Positions 27,753-41,484 of a stretch of 64,000 bases of DNA are shown here, in pieces. The notes below the pieces were generated by a model, which had not been told where the DNA came from, searched no databases, and saw only the letters and a program-made list of their open reading frames with translations. The translations under genes and the position numbers were made by a program. How positions within the stretch are numbered: the first letter of the stretch is position 1; each line of letters opens with the position of its first letter. Source of the stretch: Eledone cirrhosa. Lineage: Eukaryota. The stretch covers positions 22,072,001 to 22,136,000 of the forward strand of contig OZ024755.1 of the NCBI GenBank assembly GCA_964016885.1, given 5' to 3'.

Positions 27753-28770
27753 TCCGATATATGCATAGTTTTATTGTTCTACACACAATTATCTCACCTA
27801 ATATCAAATCTATGAGATTTTGGTATTATTTATTTTGAGAACAATACCTTAAAGTAAGCACGAGGAGCCAGTTATCGCTGGTTTAAACAGAAAGTGTTTA
27901 GAGAATTTTGGCCGGATACAGCTAGTTTAAATGCTAAAGGGTTAAGGTAGGAGAGAGAGAGAGCTATCCTTTGACAATTGACAAAATCCCAGAACTTATT
28001 CACTCATCGAGTGGGTTGGAACTTGTCAAATCAGACCAAGGTAACAATGTTTCCATTGGTATTTCTATTGTTGATACTATCTACCATTCGCAACTCCTGG
28101 CAGAAGGCAGCAGGAGCAATGTGAAATAAAGTATCTTGCTCAAGGACATAACACATCATCCAGTTCAAGAATCCAACTCACAACCTCATGATTGTGAATC
28201 CAATTTTCTAACCCCTCAGCTACCCAAATCCTTCACAAGGAGAGACATAGTATATTGTCTAGTTTTGTTTTAATAACCTCTTACTTTCACCTTGTTAAAG
28301 GAGAGAAGTAAAATCAACTACCTTAAAATTATTTAAACAGAGAAGTGTGATTTTTTTTTTTAACGCACACACACACACATATATATATATTATATGTATC
28401 CCATATGAGCAAGACAAGGTCAGCCGACTGGACACTGCCCACAACAGGATAACCCGTCTAACCCATGCTAGCATGGAAGAATGGACGTAAAACGATGATG
28501 ATGGTGATATATATACATATATACATGAGTGTTTATATATATATATATAATATATATGTATATATCATCATCATCGTTTAACGTCCGTGTTCCACGCTTG
28601 CATGGGTTTGGACGGGGGTTTTCCCACTCCAAACCCATGCAAGCGTGGAACACGGACGTTAAACGATGATGATGATGATGATGATATATACATATATATA
28701 TTATAAATATTTATATATAAGATATATATACATATATACATATATGCATGTGTGTGTGTTTATATATATA

Positions 28771-28801
<31 letters not shown>

Positions 28802-28859
28802 GTAAAAGGTAAACAGAAATAAAAAAAAACAGACAGCACAGTACATGGAAGAAATATAT

Positions 28860-30250
28860 TAGTTTAATGCTTGAAATAGGAAGAGAGTCTTAACGTTTCG
28901 GACACTAGTCCTTCATCAAATGATAGAGTTATAGATAGAAAGTAAAGAGTGATAAGAGGAAGGAAAGGGGGAAAAATGAGGAAAAGAAGGGGAGGGGAGA
29001 GTAAAAAGCATGTGCATATTCAGTCGGCCATCTTGGAGAGTGGCTGGTAAAGGGATATCTTCCGCATTAGAGAGGTTTAGGAAGGCAGGTAACAAATGTA
29101 TATGTGGGGTGAACATGTGAGTATGCACGCGTATGTTGGTGTGTGTGTGAAGGTGTTGAGTAAAGTGGTTGGAGGAGCTGAAGAGTCTTTACCTAGTGGT
29201 ATGACCCAAGGTATTCAGTGAGACAGCCTGTCCAATGTAAATGGACCCACAAACGGAACACCAGAGAGCGTAGACAACGTCGGTGGAGGTTCAAGCGAAG
29301 GAGTGGTGAGGCTTGTTATGTAGGGGCAGGTGTTACAGTAAAGGGAGCCAGGAGCAATCCTAGAGGAGGGGGGAGGAGGAACTGTGCACAAGATAGTCAC
29401 AGAGATTACGGGCTCGCTTAAAGCAATGATGGGTGTGTTGGGAAAGAAGAGAGAAGTGACGGGGGTCAGAAATGAGGCACATGGCTTAGTGGTTAGAGCA
29501 TTGGCCTTGCAATCGAAAGGTTGTGAGTTCAATTTTCAGACCGGGTGATGTGTTGTTTCCTTGAGCAAGACACTTTATTTCACATTGCTCCAGTTTACTC
29601 AGCTGTAGAAATGAGATGGTAGGGACTGGGGTCCCTATCATTCCACTGCAAAGTGGTCGTGGAGGTGCCACGGCAAAAAAGCACCCAGCACTCACTGTAA
29701 ATGAGGTTGGTGTTAGGAAGGGCAGCCAGCTGTAGAAATCAAGCCAGAATCAGTTCCCGTCCCACCCTTGCAAGCAGGGAAAAGCGGACGTAAAATGAAA
29801 TGAAATGATGAAATGATGAAGGTTGTGGCGACGTAATGGTAAAATAGATGGATGGTAGGTGAGGGAGGAAAATGTGGGTGTTGGGGGAGGGGTGGTAGGT
29901 GGTTAGTGGGTGGCAGGGCTGTGGTGCGGACAGTATCTTGGGCGTGGGTAAGGGCAGCTTGAATGACGGTGGGAAGATATCCATGCTGGATAAAGTGAGA
30001 AGCCATGTGTTGAGACAGGATCTCGAAATCGTGGTCCTGGCTACAGAGCCGATGAAGACATTGGAGTTGGAAGTTTGGTGTGGATGGGGTGGGGGGAGGA
30101 GGTGAAGTTGAGGTAGGAGTGGGAGCCAGTGGGTTTGTAGAAGAGGGAAGTAGAGAGGGTGTGATGAGTGTGACCGATAGAGAGAGAGAGAGAGATGTTG
30201 AGAAATTGGACGGAAGAATCGGAGACAGAGGTGGTGAAAGTAAGAATGGG
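28860..30250 (-). mobile_element. Degraded Penelope-like element remnant interrupted by a SINE, with a degenerate hammerhead at its 3' end
   Basis: QLQCLHRLCSQDHDFEILSQHMASHFIQHGYLPTVIQAAL resembles the PLE RT C-terminus (RLRRICS...F...M...F..RGYP); CNTCPYI linker before GIY-YIG. 3' motif (T)TGATGA-AGGAC-TAGT-GTCC-GAAACGTTA at 28886-28920. Confidence 0.65.
29474..29810 (+). mobile_element. Second tRNA-derived SINE family (tRNA head, central core, RTE-derived tail), inserted in the PLE remnant
   Basis: gaggcacaTGGCTTAGTGGttagagc...GAGTTCAATT...ttccttgagcaagacactttatttcacattgctccagtttactcagctg...cccttgcaagcagggaaaagcggacgtaaaatga. Related copies at 4545-4870, 23255-23630, 26455-26802, 30540-30868, 31150-31405. 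Confidence 0.85.
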
Positions 30251-30327
30251 CTAAAAAGACTGTTTTTATATATATAAATATATATATATATAAATATATA
30301 TATATATAAATATATATATATATAAAT

Positions 30328-30387
<60 letters not shown>

Positions 30388-30868
30388 GATCATTATCAGC
30401 GTTTCAATGTTCGCTTCCCCTGCTAGCAAGGGTTGGACCCTCTTAGTGTAGACCCTGATTGAGATTGAACCCCAGACCATGATCTCAACCATCTTTACCA
30501 CTAGGCCACATCTGTGTGAGTGTATATATATATATATATTTCATTTTACATCCACTTTTCCCTGCTTGCAAGGGTGGGACGGGAACTGATTCTGGCTTGA
30601 TTTCTACAGCTGGATGCCCTTCCTAACACCAACCTCATTTACAGTGAGTGCTGGGTGTTTTTTTTTGCTGTGGCACCTCCACGACCACTTTACAGTGGAA
30701 TGATATGGACCCCAGTCCCTATCATCTCATTTCTACAGCTGAGTAAACTGGAGCAATGTGAAATAAAGTGTCTTGCTCAAGGAAACAACACATCACCCGG
30801 TCTGAGAATTGAACTCACAACCTTTCGGTTGCAAGGCCAATGCTCTAACCACTAAGCCATGTGCCTCC

Positions 30869-30907
<39 letters not shown>

Positions 30908-31635
30908 TATACATATATACATATACATACACATGCACATATATATATATGCACACACATATACATATGCACACACACATATATATATATACACACACAT
31001 ATACATATATATATATATATGTATATATTACACTATATAGCTCTACAGCTCAACACAGAAGTGAACCTAAACATTGAGTGCTCACCCGAGTGAACCTGCA
31101 GTAACTCCAAGTTATACTCCCTAGATATATATATAGACAGACATACATGTAGGCGTGTGGCCTAGTGGTAAGGGTATAGGACTTACGATCATGATGTTGT
31201 GGGTTCGATTCCTGGGCTAGGTTGCGTGTTGTGTTTTTGAGCAAAACACCTTATTTCACGTTACACCAGTATACTCAGCTGAAAATGAGTACCAGGTGGG
31301 TCCTGTCCAGGTGGGTAGTCTTATACTATCAGTCGCTTCATGCCTGTGAAAACTGGAATAAGGACTGGCCTAATGAGCCTCCAAGCTTGAGACAGACTTT
31401 AGACTTTTATATATATGTGTATATATATATATATATAGAAATATTAAAACAATGAAATTAAACACAAAACTATTAATTCATAGTAAAACTCATTATTTTA
31501 CGATCGTTTCTGGGGGGTTGTTCCCTGTATTTTCATTCAATTATTGATCTATGTAAAACATATTACAAAATATCATACTGATTACATTGAGTTCTTCATA
31601 CGGTTTAGACCCTACCATTGAGTGGTAGATTTATC

Positions 31636-31681
<46 letters not shown>

Positions 31682-31793
31682 AGTTCAGATGCATCACTGA
31701 TTTTTCGTTTTATATTATATCATACTCTGCTCTGTAACAACATAGAGTGCTCAACCGGCATACCGCCTATGGAAGCATCTTAGCTACCATCAG

Positions 31794-31844
<51 letters not shown>

Positions 31845-32609
31845 TTATACATCATCATCATCGTTTAACGTCCGTGTTCCATGCTTGCATGGGTTTGGAC
31901 GGGAGTTTTCCCACTTGAGGCAAGAGTGGTTGTCTTGCTCGCATAGGACTGTCTGGAGGGTTTTCTACAGTTGGATGCCCTTCCTAACACCAACCACATT
32001 TACAGTGTGGGGCTGGGAGGTTTTTACCGTGTTGCCTACACGGCCACATTACAGCGTGGACTGTCTGGATATACACACACACACTCACATTATATATGTA
32101 TATATATATATATACATGTGTGTATAGTAAAATCTTCTATTTCCTATAATTGTTTCTACTTTTAACACAAGGCCAGCAATTATTCCAGTGTATTACTGGT
32201 ACTTTATTTTATCGACCCCGTAAGGATGAAAGGCAAAGTTATCCTCGGCGGGATTTGAACTTCTATTTCCTATAACGTTCTACCATCTGTCTGTCTATCT
32301 GCAGAGTTGCCCCATCAGTGGTGATGGATCATTTTTGGTTATATATATATATATATAAAGAGAGAGACACGTATGTATATACACAAACATATATATACAT
32401 ACATACACATATATACATGTGCATGTGTTTATACATAAACACACACACACACACATATATATACATGTGTATATATATATATAAATATATATAAGTAGAA
32501 GGGGTATTTAATTTGTTGTAAGTCCGACAAATATAAAACTATCCAGTGAATTTCCAACCGATAAGGTATGATTTTCATGGGTACGTCTCTATTTATAAAA
32601 CAAACTTTG

Positions 32610-32673
32610 TATTTTATCTGATGAAAGCGTACCAATGTTGTCTTGGTACCCTTGAAATATATATAATAAAATA
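32610..32673 (+). ncRNA. Minimal type I hammerhead ribozyme (complete)
   Basis: TATTTTAT-CTGATGA-[aagcGTACCAA tgttgtc TTGGTACcctt]-GAAA-T-ATAT-A-TA|ATAAAATA. Same stem I as 53303, different stem II, palindromic ATAT loop; stem I extendable (atttataaaac/gttttataaat). Confidence 0.75.
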
Positions 32674-32909
32674 AATGTGGTTTTATAAATATAGTTTCCA
32701 TTTATTTAATATCATTGTGTATATATATATATATTATATATATATAGTAATAATAATAAATTTGAAGACTAAAATCCAAAGAGGGTTCGATAAGGATAAA
32801 TATATATCAAATATATAAGAACCGTAGAGCAAATATTTATTAAAATAACAGATTAAAGTTTAAGCAAAGAATCGCTGCTTTCACCCTTAACAGGATCTTC
32901 TGAAACTAA

Positions 32910-32953
<44 letters not shown>

Positions 32954-33210
32954 TCATCATCATCATCATCATCGTTTAACGTCCATATTCCACGCTTGCA
33001 TGGGTTTGGACGGGGTTTTCCCACTTGCGGCAAGAGTGGTTGTCTTGCTCGCATAGGACTGTCTGGCGGGTTTTCTACGGCTGGATGCCCTTCCTAACAC
33101 CAACCACGTTTACAGTGTGGAACTGGGAGGTGTTTACCGTGTTGCCTACACGGCCACATTACAGCGTGATACATACATACACAGTTTATATATATATATA
33201 TATATATACA

Positions 33211-33246
<36 letters not shown>

Positions 33247-33284
33247 ATACTTTGGGAGGGTCATGTTGCAAATTCAGAAACGAA

Positions 33285-33317
<33 letters not shown>

Positions 33318-33766
33318 TATACATACACATATATACATACACAGTTTATATATATATATATATATATAGTAGAGCTGGGTAGTCTATGTACATACATACA
33401 TACAATTCTCTACTCTCAGAAACAAGAAGGAATACAGCAAAGAGTAGAAGAAGGAGAAAATGGATTGAAAGCCAAGTTGAGAGGAATGATTTACCTATAC
33501 AACCGAGAAGAAAGGACAAAAAGAAAGGATGTTTCTCACAAGAATTTACTAGAATCTAGAATCTAATAGCCTGTACATGTTAGTTTTCTAATATGAATTT
33601 AAAAAACACACAGACGCATATCAACACAAATCAAAAAAAAAAAGGACAAAAAATAAAGGAAAAATATTGAATAAAAACCTTGTTAGTGATTAAAAAAATG
33701 TTAAACAAGAATTTCAATATCTGGTTGAAAACTCCATTGTAGAATATATATATATATATATATATA

Positions 33767-33797
<31 letters not shown>

Positions 33798-34349
33798 GTG
33801 TGTGTGTGTATATATATATATATTGTGTGTGTATATATATATATTGTGTGTGTATATATATATATTGTGTGTGTGTATATATATATTGTGTGTGTATGTA
33901 TATATATATATAGTGTGTGTGTGTATGTATATATATATAGTGTGTGTGTGTATGTATATATATATATAGTGTGTGTATGTATATATATATATATATAGTG
34001 TGTGTGTGTATATATATATAGTGTGTGTATATATGTGTATATATATATATCTAGTGTATATATATATATATATATAGTGTGTGTGTATATATATATATAT
34101 AGTATATATATATATATATATAGTGTGTGTGTATATATATATATGTAGTGTGTGTGTATATATATATAGTGTGTATATATATATATGCAGTCTGTGTGTA
34201 TATATATGTATATATATATGTAGTGTATATATATATATATATGTATATATATATAGTGTATATATATATATATAAATATATAACAGTGAACAACAATACT
34301 ATCTTTACTCACTCATGCATTTCTTTCTAATGCTGTTGTTATTGTTACA

Positions 34350-34620
34350 GGGAGTTGTTGTTAGTGTTGTTGTTGTTGTTACTGATAATACTAACAATAA
34401 TGTTATTGTTGTTATTTACTGCTACTGCTACTACTACTGCTGCTACTACTGCTACTCTGGTTAAAATGTGTCCATCTTCATCTGGCTATTTAAACTGCTA
34501 CCATATTCCTTCCTGCTTTGCTTGCCAGCCGACATGAAGAGCCTACATCTCTGCTACTACAACTACTACTGCTACCGCTGCTGTTGTTGCTACTGCTGCT
34601 AGTGGTATTGCTGCTGTTGT

Positions 34621-34658
<38 letters not shown>

Positions 34659-36111
34659 CTGCTACTGCTACTGTTGTTGCTATTGCTACTGCTGTTGTTG
34701 CTAGTGCTACTGCTAGTGCTACTGCTGCTGCTGTTGTTGCTACTGCTATTGCTGCTGCTAGTGCTACTGCTGTTGTTGCTGCTGCTAGTTCTACTGCTGC
34801 TGTTGTTGTTGCTACTACTGCTGCTGTTGTTGCTGCTACTACTACTGCTGTTGTTGTTGTTGCTACTGCTGCTGTTGCTACTGCTACTGCTGTTGCTACT
34901 GCTGCTGTTGTTGCTACTGCTACTGCTGCTGTTGCTACTGCTGCTGTTGTTGCTACTACTGCTGTTGCTACTGCTGCTGTTGTTGCTACTACTGCTGCTA
35001 TTGTTGCTGCTGCTGCTAGTGCTATTGCTGCTGTTGTTGCTAGTAATACTGCTACTGCTGCTGCTACTGCTGGTGCAGCAGCTGCTGCTGATGCAGTGTT
35101 AGCCAAGCTGATCACAAAGAACCAGAAACACCTTCAGGAGTGACTGTAATTAATACTAACATTACCTTCCCCTCCCCTTCTTCCATCCCCTGCTAATACT
35201 AACATTACCTTCCCCTCCCCTTCTTCCATCCCCTGCTAATACTAACATTACCTTCCCCTCCCCTTCTTCCATCCCCTGCTAATACTAACATTACCTTCCC
35301 CTCCCCTTCTTCCATCCCCTGCTAATACTAACATTACCTTCCCCTCCCCTTCTTCCATCCCCTGCTAATACTAACATTACCTTCCCCTCCCCTTCTTCCA
35401 TCCCCTGCTAATACTAACATTACCTTCCCCTCCCCTTCTTCCATCCCCTGCTAATACTATCATTACCCTCCCTACCCCTCCCCTGCTAATACTAACATTA
35501 CCCGCCCCCCTCCCCATACTAATATTACCTTCCCTTCCTCCATCCCTTGCTAATACTAACATTACCCCCCACCCCTCACCTGTGTTCTCCCCCACCCCTA
35601 ATACTCACCTTTCCACCACACACACACACACACAAATACATACACACACATACACACACATACGCTGTCTATCACACACACACACATACACACACACACA
35701 CAAATACACACATACACACACATACACAAACACTGTCTATCACACACACACACACACAGTCTATTATTACACAGCCAGTAAGAGTATAGGTAGGAGTTGT
35801 AGCAGCAATGCTAGTAGTAATAGTAGTAGTAGCAACAGCTGCGGTATAGTAATAGTAGTAGTAGCAACAGCTGCGGTATAGTAATAGTAGTAGTAGCAAC
35901 AGCTGTAGTAGTAGTAGTAGTAGTAGTAGCAACAGCTGTAGTAGTAGTAGTAGTAGTAGTAGTAGCAACAGCAGCTGTAGAGGTAGTAGTAGCAACAGCT
36001 GTAGTAGTAGTAGTAGTAGTAGTAGTAGCAACAGCTGTAGAGGTAGTAGTAGTAGTAGTGGTGGTAGTAGTAGCAGCAACAGCAGCTGTAGAGGTAGTAG
36101 TACCAACAGCT

Positions 36112-36145
<34 letters not shown>

Positions 36146-36159
36146 CAACAGCTGTAGAG

Positions 36160-36196
<37 letters not shown>

Positions 36197-37430
36197 CAGC
36201 AGCAAAAGCTGTAGAGGTGGTAGTAGTAGTAGTAGCAGCAGCAGCAAAAGCTGTAGTAGTAGTAGTAGTAGTAGCAGCAAAAGCTGTAGAGGTGGTAGTA
36301 GTAGTAATAGCAGCAAAAGCTGTAGAGGTGGTAGTAGTAGTAGTAGCAGCAGCAAAAGCTGTAGAGGTGGTAGTAGTAGCAACAGCAACAAAAGCTGTAG
36401 TAGCAGTAGTAGTAGCAGCAAAAGCTGTAGAGGTGGTAGTAGTAGTAGCAAAAGCTGTAGAGGTGGTAGTAGTAGTAGTATTAGTAGCAGCAAAAGCTGT
36501 AGTAGTAGTAGTAGTAGCAGCAGCAGCAGCAAAAGCTGTAGTAGTAGTAGTAGTAGCAGCAAAAGCTGTAGAGGTGGTGGTAGTCATTGGCAGTATCGGT
36601 AGAGAGTCGGACACCATGCTTTGCAGCATAGAGTTACGGCTCTTTATCGTCTGAGTTCAAATCCTGCCGAGGTAAACTTTGCCTTTCATCCTTACAGGGT
36701 CGATAAAATAAAGTACCAGTAATGCACTGGGTTATTGCTGGCCTTGTGCCAAAAGTAGAAACAATTAATTAGTATATAGAGAGAGGGGGGATGGGGGGTA
36801 GGAAAAAGAAAGAAAAAAGGGTGGGGTGGGGGTGAAGTAATAACTGATCTACAAGTGATAGTATCTGTTACAATACCTAAACAGAACTGATAGCATTTCA
36901 AAATCACAGTAGTAGTAGTAGTAAGAGTTGTAGTAGTAGTATTAGTAGTAACAGTATTAGTAGTAGTATTAGTAGTAACAGTAGTAGTAGTAGTAGTAGT
37001 AGGAAGTGCAGTAATAGTATTAGTAGTAACAGTAGTAGTAGTAGGAAGTGTAGTAGTACTATTAGTAAGAGTTGTAGTAGTAGTATTAGTAGTAACAGTA
37101 GTAGTAGTAGTAGGAAGTGTAGAAGTAGTAGTATGAGTTGTAGTAGTAGTAGTATTAGTAGTAACAGTAGTAGTACTAGTAGGAAGTGTAGTAATAGTAT
37201 TAGTAGTAACAGTAGTAGTAGTAGGAAGTGTAGTAGTACTATTAGTAAGAGTTGTAGTAGTAGTATTAGTAGTAGTAGTAGTAGTAGTAGGAAGTGTAGA
37301 AGTAGTAGTATGAGTTGTAGTAGTATTAGTAAGTGTAGTAGAAGTAGTAGTAAGAATTGTAGTAGTATTAGTAGTAACAGTAGTAGTAGTAGTAGTAGGA
37401 AGTGTAGTAGTGGTAGTAGCAGTAATAGTT
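34350..37430. repeat. Compound simple-repeat block: (GCT/GTT/ACT)n, 43-bp minisatellite (35150-35570), (CA)n, (GTA/GCA)n
   Basis: Direct reading; 43-bp unit ctaatactaacattaccttcccctccccttcttccatcccctg. Confidence 0.95.
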
Positions 37431-37784
37431 GAGGAAACATCCTTAACTTTATATCTATCACCCCCCCCCCCCCCCCCTCCCACATTTTTCATGAATCTCC
37501 CCTACTCCCCCACTCTCGGAGGTATACGAAAATCCCTAACCCCCACCCCCAGAGGTATACCGAAACCCATCACCCCCACCCTACCCTACTTATGTACATC
37601 TTTCTACCTCCTCATTCTTTGGAGTCTATTAACAAGACTGATCCATTCATGATAGCAGGGGTGAGGGGGGGGGGGGGGGAAAGGGTGGATGGGGGGGGGC
37701 ATAGGGGGGGGGGGGGGTAATGTAGGAAGAGGTAAAGTTAGTCCATTACTGCAGTAGTGGAGACAGCTGGAACTCCTCCACCAC

Positions 37785-38255
37785 CGCAACTAGCTACCCC
37801 ATCACCACCAGCACCACATACATGCCATCACCCCACAACTAGCTACCCCATCACCACCAGCACCACATACATGCCATCACCCCCAGCACACCACAACTAG
37901 CTACCCCATCACCACCAGCACCACAGACATGCCATCACCCCCAGCACACCACAACTAGCTACCCCATCACCCCCAGCACCACAGACATGCCATCACCCCC
38001 AGCACACCACAACTAGCTACCCCATCACCACCAGCACCACAGACATGCCACCACCCCCAGCACACCACAACTAGCTACCCCATCACCACAGACATGCCAT
38101 CACCCCCAGCACATCACAACTAGCTACCCCATCACCCCCAGCACACCACAACTAGCTACCCCATCACCACCAGCACCACAGACATGCCATCACCCCCAGC
38201 ACACCACAACCAGCTACCCCATCACCACCAGCACCACAGACATGCCATCACCCCC
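37785..38255. repeat. ~58-bp C-rich minisatellite
   Basis: cacaactagctaccccatcaccaccagcaccacagacatgccatcacccccagcacac, about 8-9 units. Confidence 0.95.
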
Positions 38256-38499
38256 ATCAGATGAAGATTCAGGGAAATAAATTAAAAAGGGAAATGAAAT
38301 GTCTACAGGTGGTGGAGAGAGGGGAGAAGGAAGGGGGCATATATAGAGATATAGTGGAAAGGGGGGAAGGAGGGATATAAAGAAATACAGTGGAGAGAGA
38401 GAAGGTGGTGGGGAGAGGGGAGGAGGGATATATAGAAATTCAGAGGAGAGAGAGGGAGAGAGAATGACAGACAGACAATAACTGGTACAACAGTATCAT

Positions 38500-39130
38500 C
38501 ATAAACTACTACAAAAGTAAGGGAGCAATACTAGATAGATGTAAGTACAGAGGTATCATGTCAAGGGACCAGGTCAAGAATGTTACTGAAAAAGTTATAG
38601 AACTAATTAGGGACAGAATGAAGATGGAGGTGATGCAGTTTGGTTTTAGGCTAAGTAGGCAGATTGTATGATGCCTGCACACGAACAGCAATGTTACATG
38701 GCAGTGAGACATGGGCATTGTGTGCAGAGGACCTGCGCAGACTGGAAAGGAATGAAGCAAGCATGCTCTGTTAGATGTGTAATACTAGTATACGCGAACA
38801 GCAAAACATAAATGAACGAAGTGAGAAATTAGGAATAAGAGGGATCAGATGCTGTTTACTCGAGAGAAGACTACGCTGGTATGGTCCCGTGATGCGCATG
38901 AAAGACGACAGCTGTATAAAAAAGTGCAGGGCGATCAAAATTGATGACAGTTACAGAGTAGGTTAGACCCAGAAAAACGTGGGACGATTTGATAAATTCC
39001 GACCTTACACACTTGCACTTCTCTAAGACAATGTCACTGGACCGAGATCTTTGACGCCACACAGTAATACAGAAGACCTGCCTTGCCTATGTACAAAGCA
39101 AAACCTATAGTCAGTAGGCACCTCTTAACC
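38500..39130 (+). mobile_element. Degraded, internally deleted RTE LINE 3' fragment
   Basis: LERNEASML..MCNTSIRE...RRLRWYGPVMRMKDDSC, near-identical to the 24181 copy. The upstream part resembles an RT segment (QFGFR), implying a deletion. Confidence 0.8.
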
Positions 39131-40347
39131 AAATATACCCCCCAATTCACTACCCCTACTCCATCCTCCCACTCCCACACCAACACCACCCTTTCTCTGT
39201 AAAGTTATGTTGGTACCACAACACCCAGTCCAAAATAATTGTTTCTACTTTTGGCACAAGGCCAGCAATTAATCAGTACATTACTGGTACTTTATTTTAT
39301 CGACCCTGTAAGGATGGAAGGCAAAGTTAACCTCGGCGGGATTTGAACTTAGATCGTAAAGGGACGTAACTATGCTGGAAAGCATGTCCAACCCTCTGCC
39401 AATTCACCAAATCAACATTTCATTAGAACCACTGATCTCTCAGATGGGCCATGACCTCATCTCACTTACATATACCTCAACACCCTAATTCATACGATGA
39501 TTTGCATGCTTACATCTAACTCTCTCAAAGTCTTTAAAATAGGAACAACACACATTTCTCCTCCCCATAATATATATTTATATATGTACGTATAAATGCA
39601 TGTTTATACTTTGTATGTATTATCTCTTGAAGACTTTAAAATAGAAACAAGGACAAGCAAAGTCATATCCTTGGCACAATGGAAGAATCTTCTCTAGCCT
39701 TTGTTTGACAAGTTTTCTATGGTTGGCTGCTCTTCCTATCACCAACCACTTTACAGAGTGTATTGGGTGCATTTTATCATGTCATCAACACTAGAAAAAT
39801 ATTTGGGCCCTTGACACAGTTGAACAGTCCTTTCAACTTTTTCTGTTAGATGGTTTCTACAGCTGGATGTTTTCTATTTATATTACATATTATCTATTAT
39901 GTTAGACCATGTCATATATTTGAAGATTTGGGATAAACTTAAGGTAAATATGACTGCCATTTTTTTAAAATTAGAAGCCTTAGCTGTGTAAACATTTTCA
40001 ACTTTGTACACAGAAAAACAGACTATTCTTATGCATTTCAGATTATTCTTATGCAATCCAATCCAATCCAATCTATCCATCCATCCATCTATTTATCAAT
40101 CTCTGTCTCTATGACTGATTACCAGAATCCATATTTGTTTCAATGTCTGATAGATTATCTCCATATGTGACTAGCTCTATATCTAACTGTCTCTATGGCT
40201 GACTACCTGTCTGTTTGTCTGGCCGTTTCTTTGTTTCACTATTGGTCTGTAACTTTGTCTAACAGTATGCCTGTCAGTCAGTCGGTTGGAGTGCCTGACT
40301 GCTTATCCCCATGTCTAATTCCTCTTTCTCTCTCTCAAAAATCTTAC

Positions 40348-40460
40348 CCCATCTCCGGAATCATCACATACGAAGCAAGTTTTGCATTCTATACATTGCC
40401 ATGGGGAGTTACGTGCCCTTGTTGCAAGCTCTTCGCAATAGTCCATACATGAAGGGTGAA
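40348..40460 (-). CDS. SAMD1: Coding exon 3 (VHPSCMDYCEELATRARNSPWQCIECKTCFVCDDSGDG)
   Basis: Polypyrimidine ctctccAG acceptor, GTAAG donor, 113 nt (phase 1->0). HPSC...WQCIECKTC is the DPF PHD1/PHD2 junction. Not in the ORF track. Confidence 0.92.
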
Positions 40461-41484
40461 CTGGAGAGAAAAACAAAAAGAACACAAATAACATTCGGGT
40501 CTATGATCTTTATAAAAAATTAAATGGCATTTTATTAGCATCACTGAAAATGTTTTTAGAATACAAACCAAACAAAAGTTAAACATGAAATCAAAAAATT
40601 TGAGACAAGGGACATTACTCTGTTTTATACTAGCAAGATGTCATATAGGTAACAGCTATATTTTTATGTTGGTGTGGTGGCTTATAAGAAGGGTGGTTAC
40701 AACTCACATATCCTGTTGGGTTGCAGAGGCTCCATTGAAGATTTCGTGTTGTGTATCTAAAGCACTGTTACCCAATAGAGTGTGTAGATAAGAGGTGAGA
40801 GAATTGCTCTAAGTAGAGCTGCTTCTTCTCCGAATTGAGAGATCACAGCTCCGATATTATGGGCATGTGGTTAGAATATCTCAGGAAAGAATTGCTACTA
40901 GATGTATGTTTCAGTTTGTGCACGTGGAAGGTGGGTCTTCTCTGTGTGTGTGTGTGTGTGTGTGTGTATAACAAAGGAAGTGTGGTAAGGAACCAGATGG
41001 ACCATAACGCACCAGAGTACTCAATACTTAGGGTAGTAGAGTGGGTAATAGGAAAATGTTAACCCCGACGGCAGAGCTCAAGCCGTTTCGATATATATAT
41101 ATAGTAAAAGAGTGAAGAATAAGATGGTCGGCTGAGCAATAGGGTTTATTTAAAGTATTAACCTCTAATTGGATTACCTTAAATGATATCTTGTTTTATA
41201 TATATACATACATACATATATAGGTGGTGAATTGGCAGGGTCGTTAGAACATCGAATAGAATGCTTCGTGAAATTTGCTCCTCTGGACTCCAGGTACAAA
41301 GAGATGAGTTAGACAGTAATATATCACCTTGAAATCAATTATCGAGATGGACACATGCCTCAAAGAACTGATCTGCATTCTGTGATGGTCGAGCAAGAAC
41401 TCTGGAGCTCAAGCTTTATCAATGTCTCACTACTGCTTCAAGACACTGGATGACTCAAGAAGTTCACCACATTATTATTACTGT

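Noticed and set aside
29474-29550. tRNA-like sequences at SINE heads (also 175-260, 31150-31225)
   Set aside because: A/B boxes are present but they continue into SINE bodies and lack a clean cloverleaf; not called as tRNA genes.
34518-37492. Long ORFs of poly-L, poly-T/A, poly-V (mucin- or antifreeze-like)
   Set aside because: Translations of trinucleotide microsatellites open in several frames and on both strands, inside intron 3, with no splice-phase need in the gene model.
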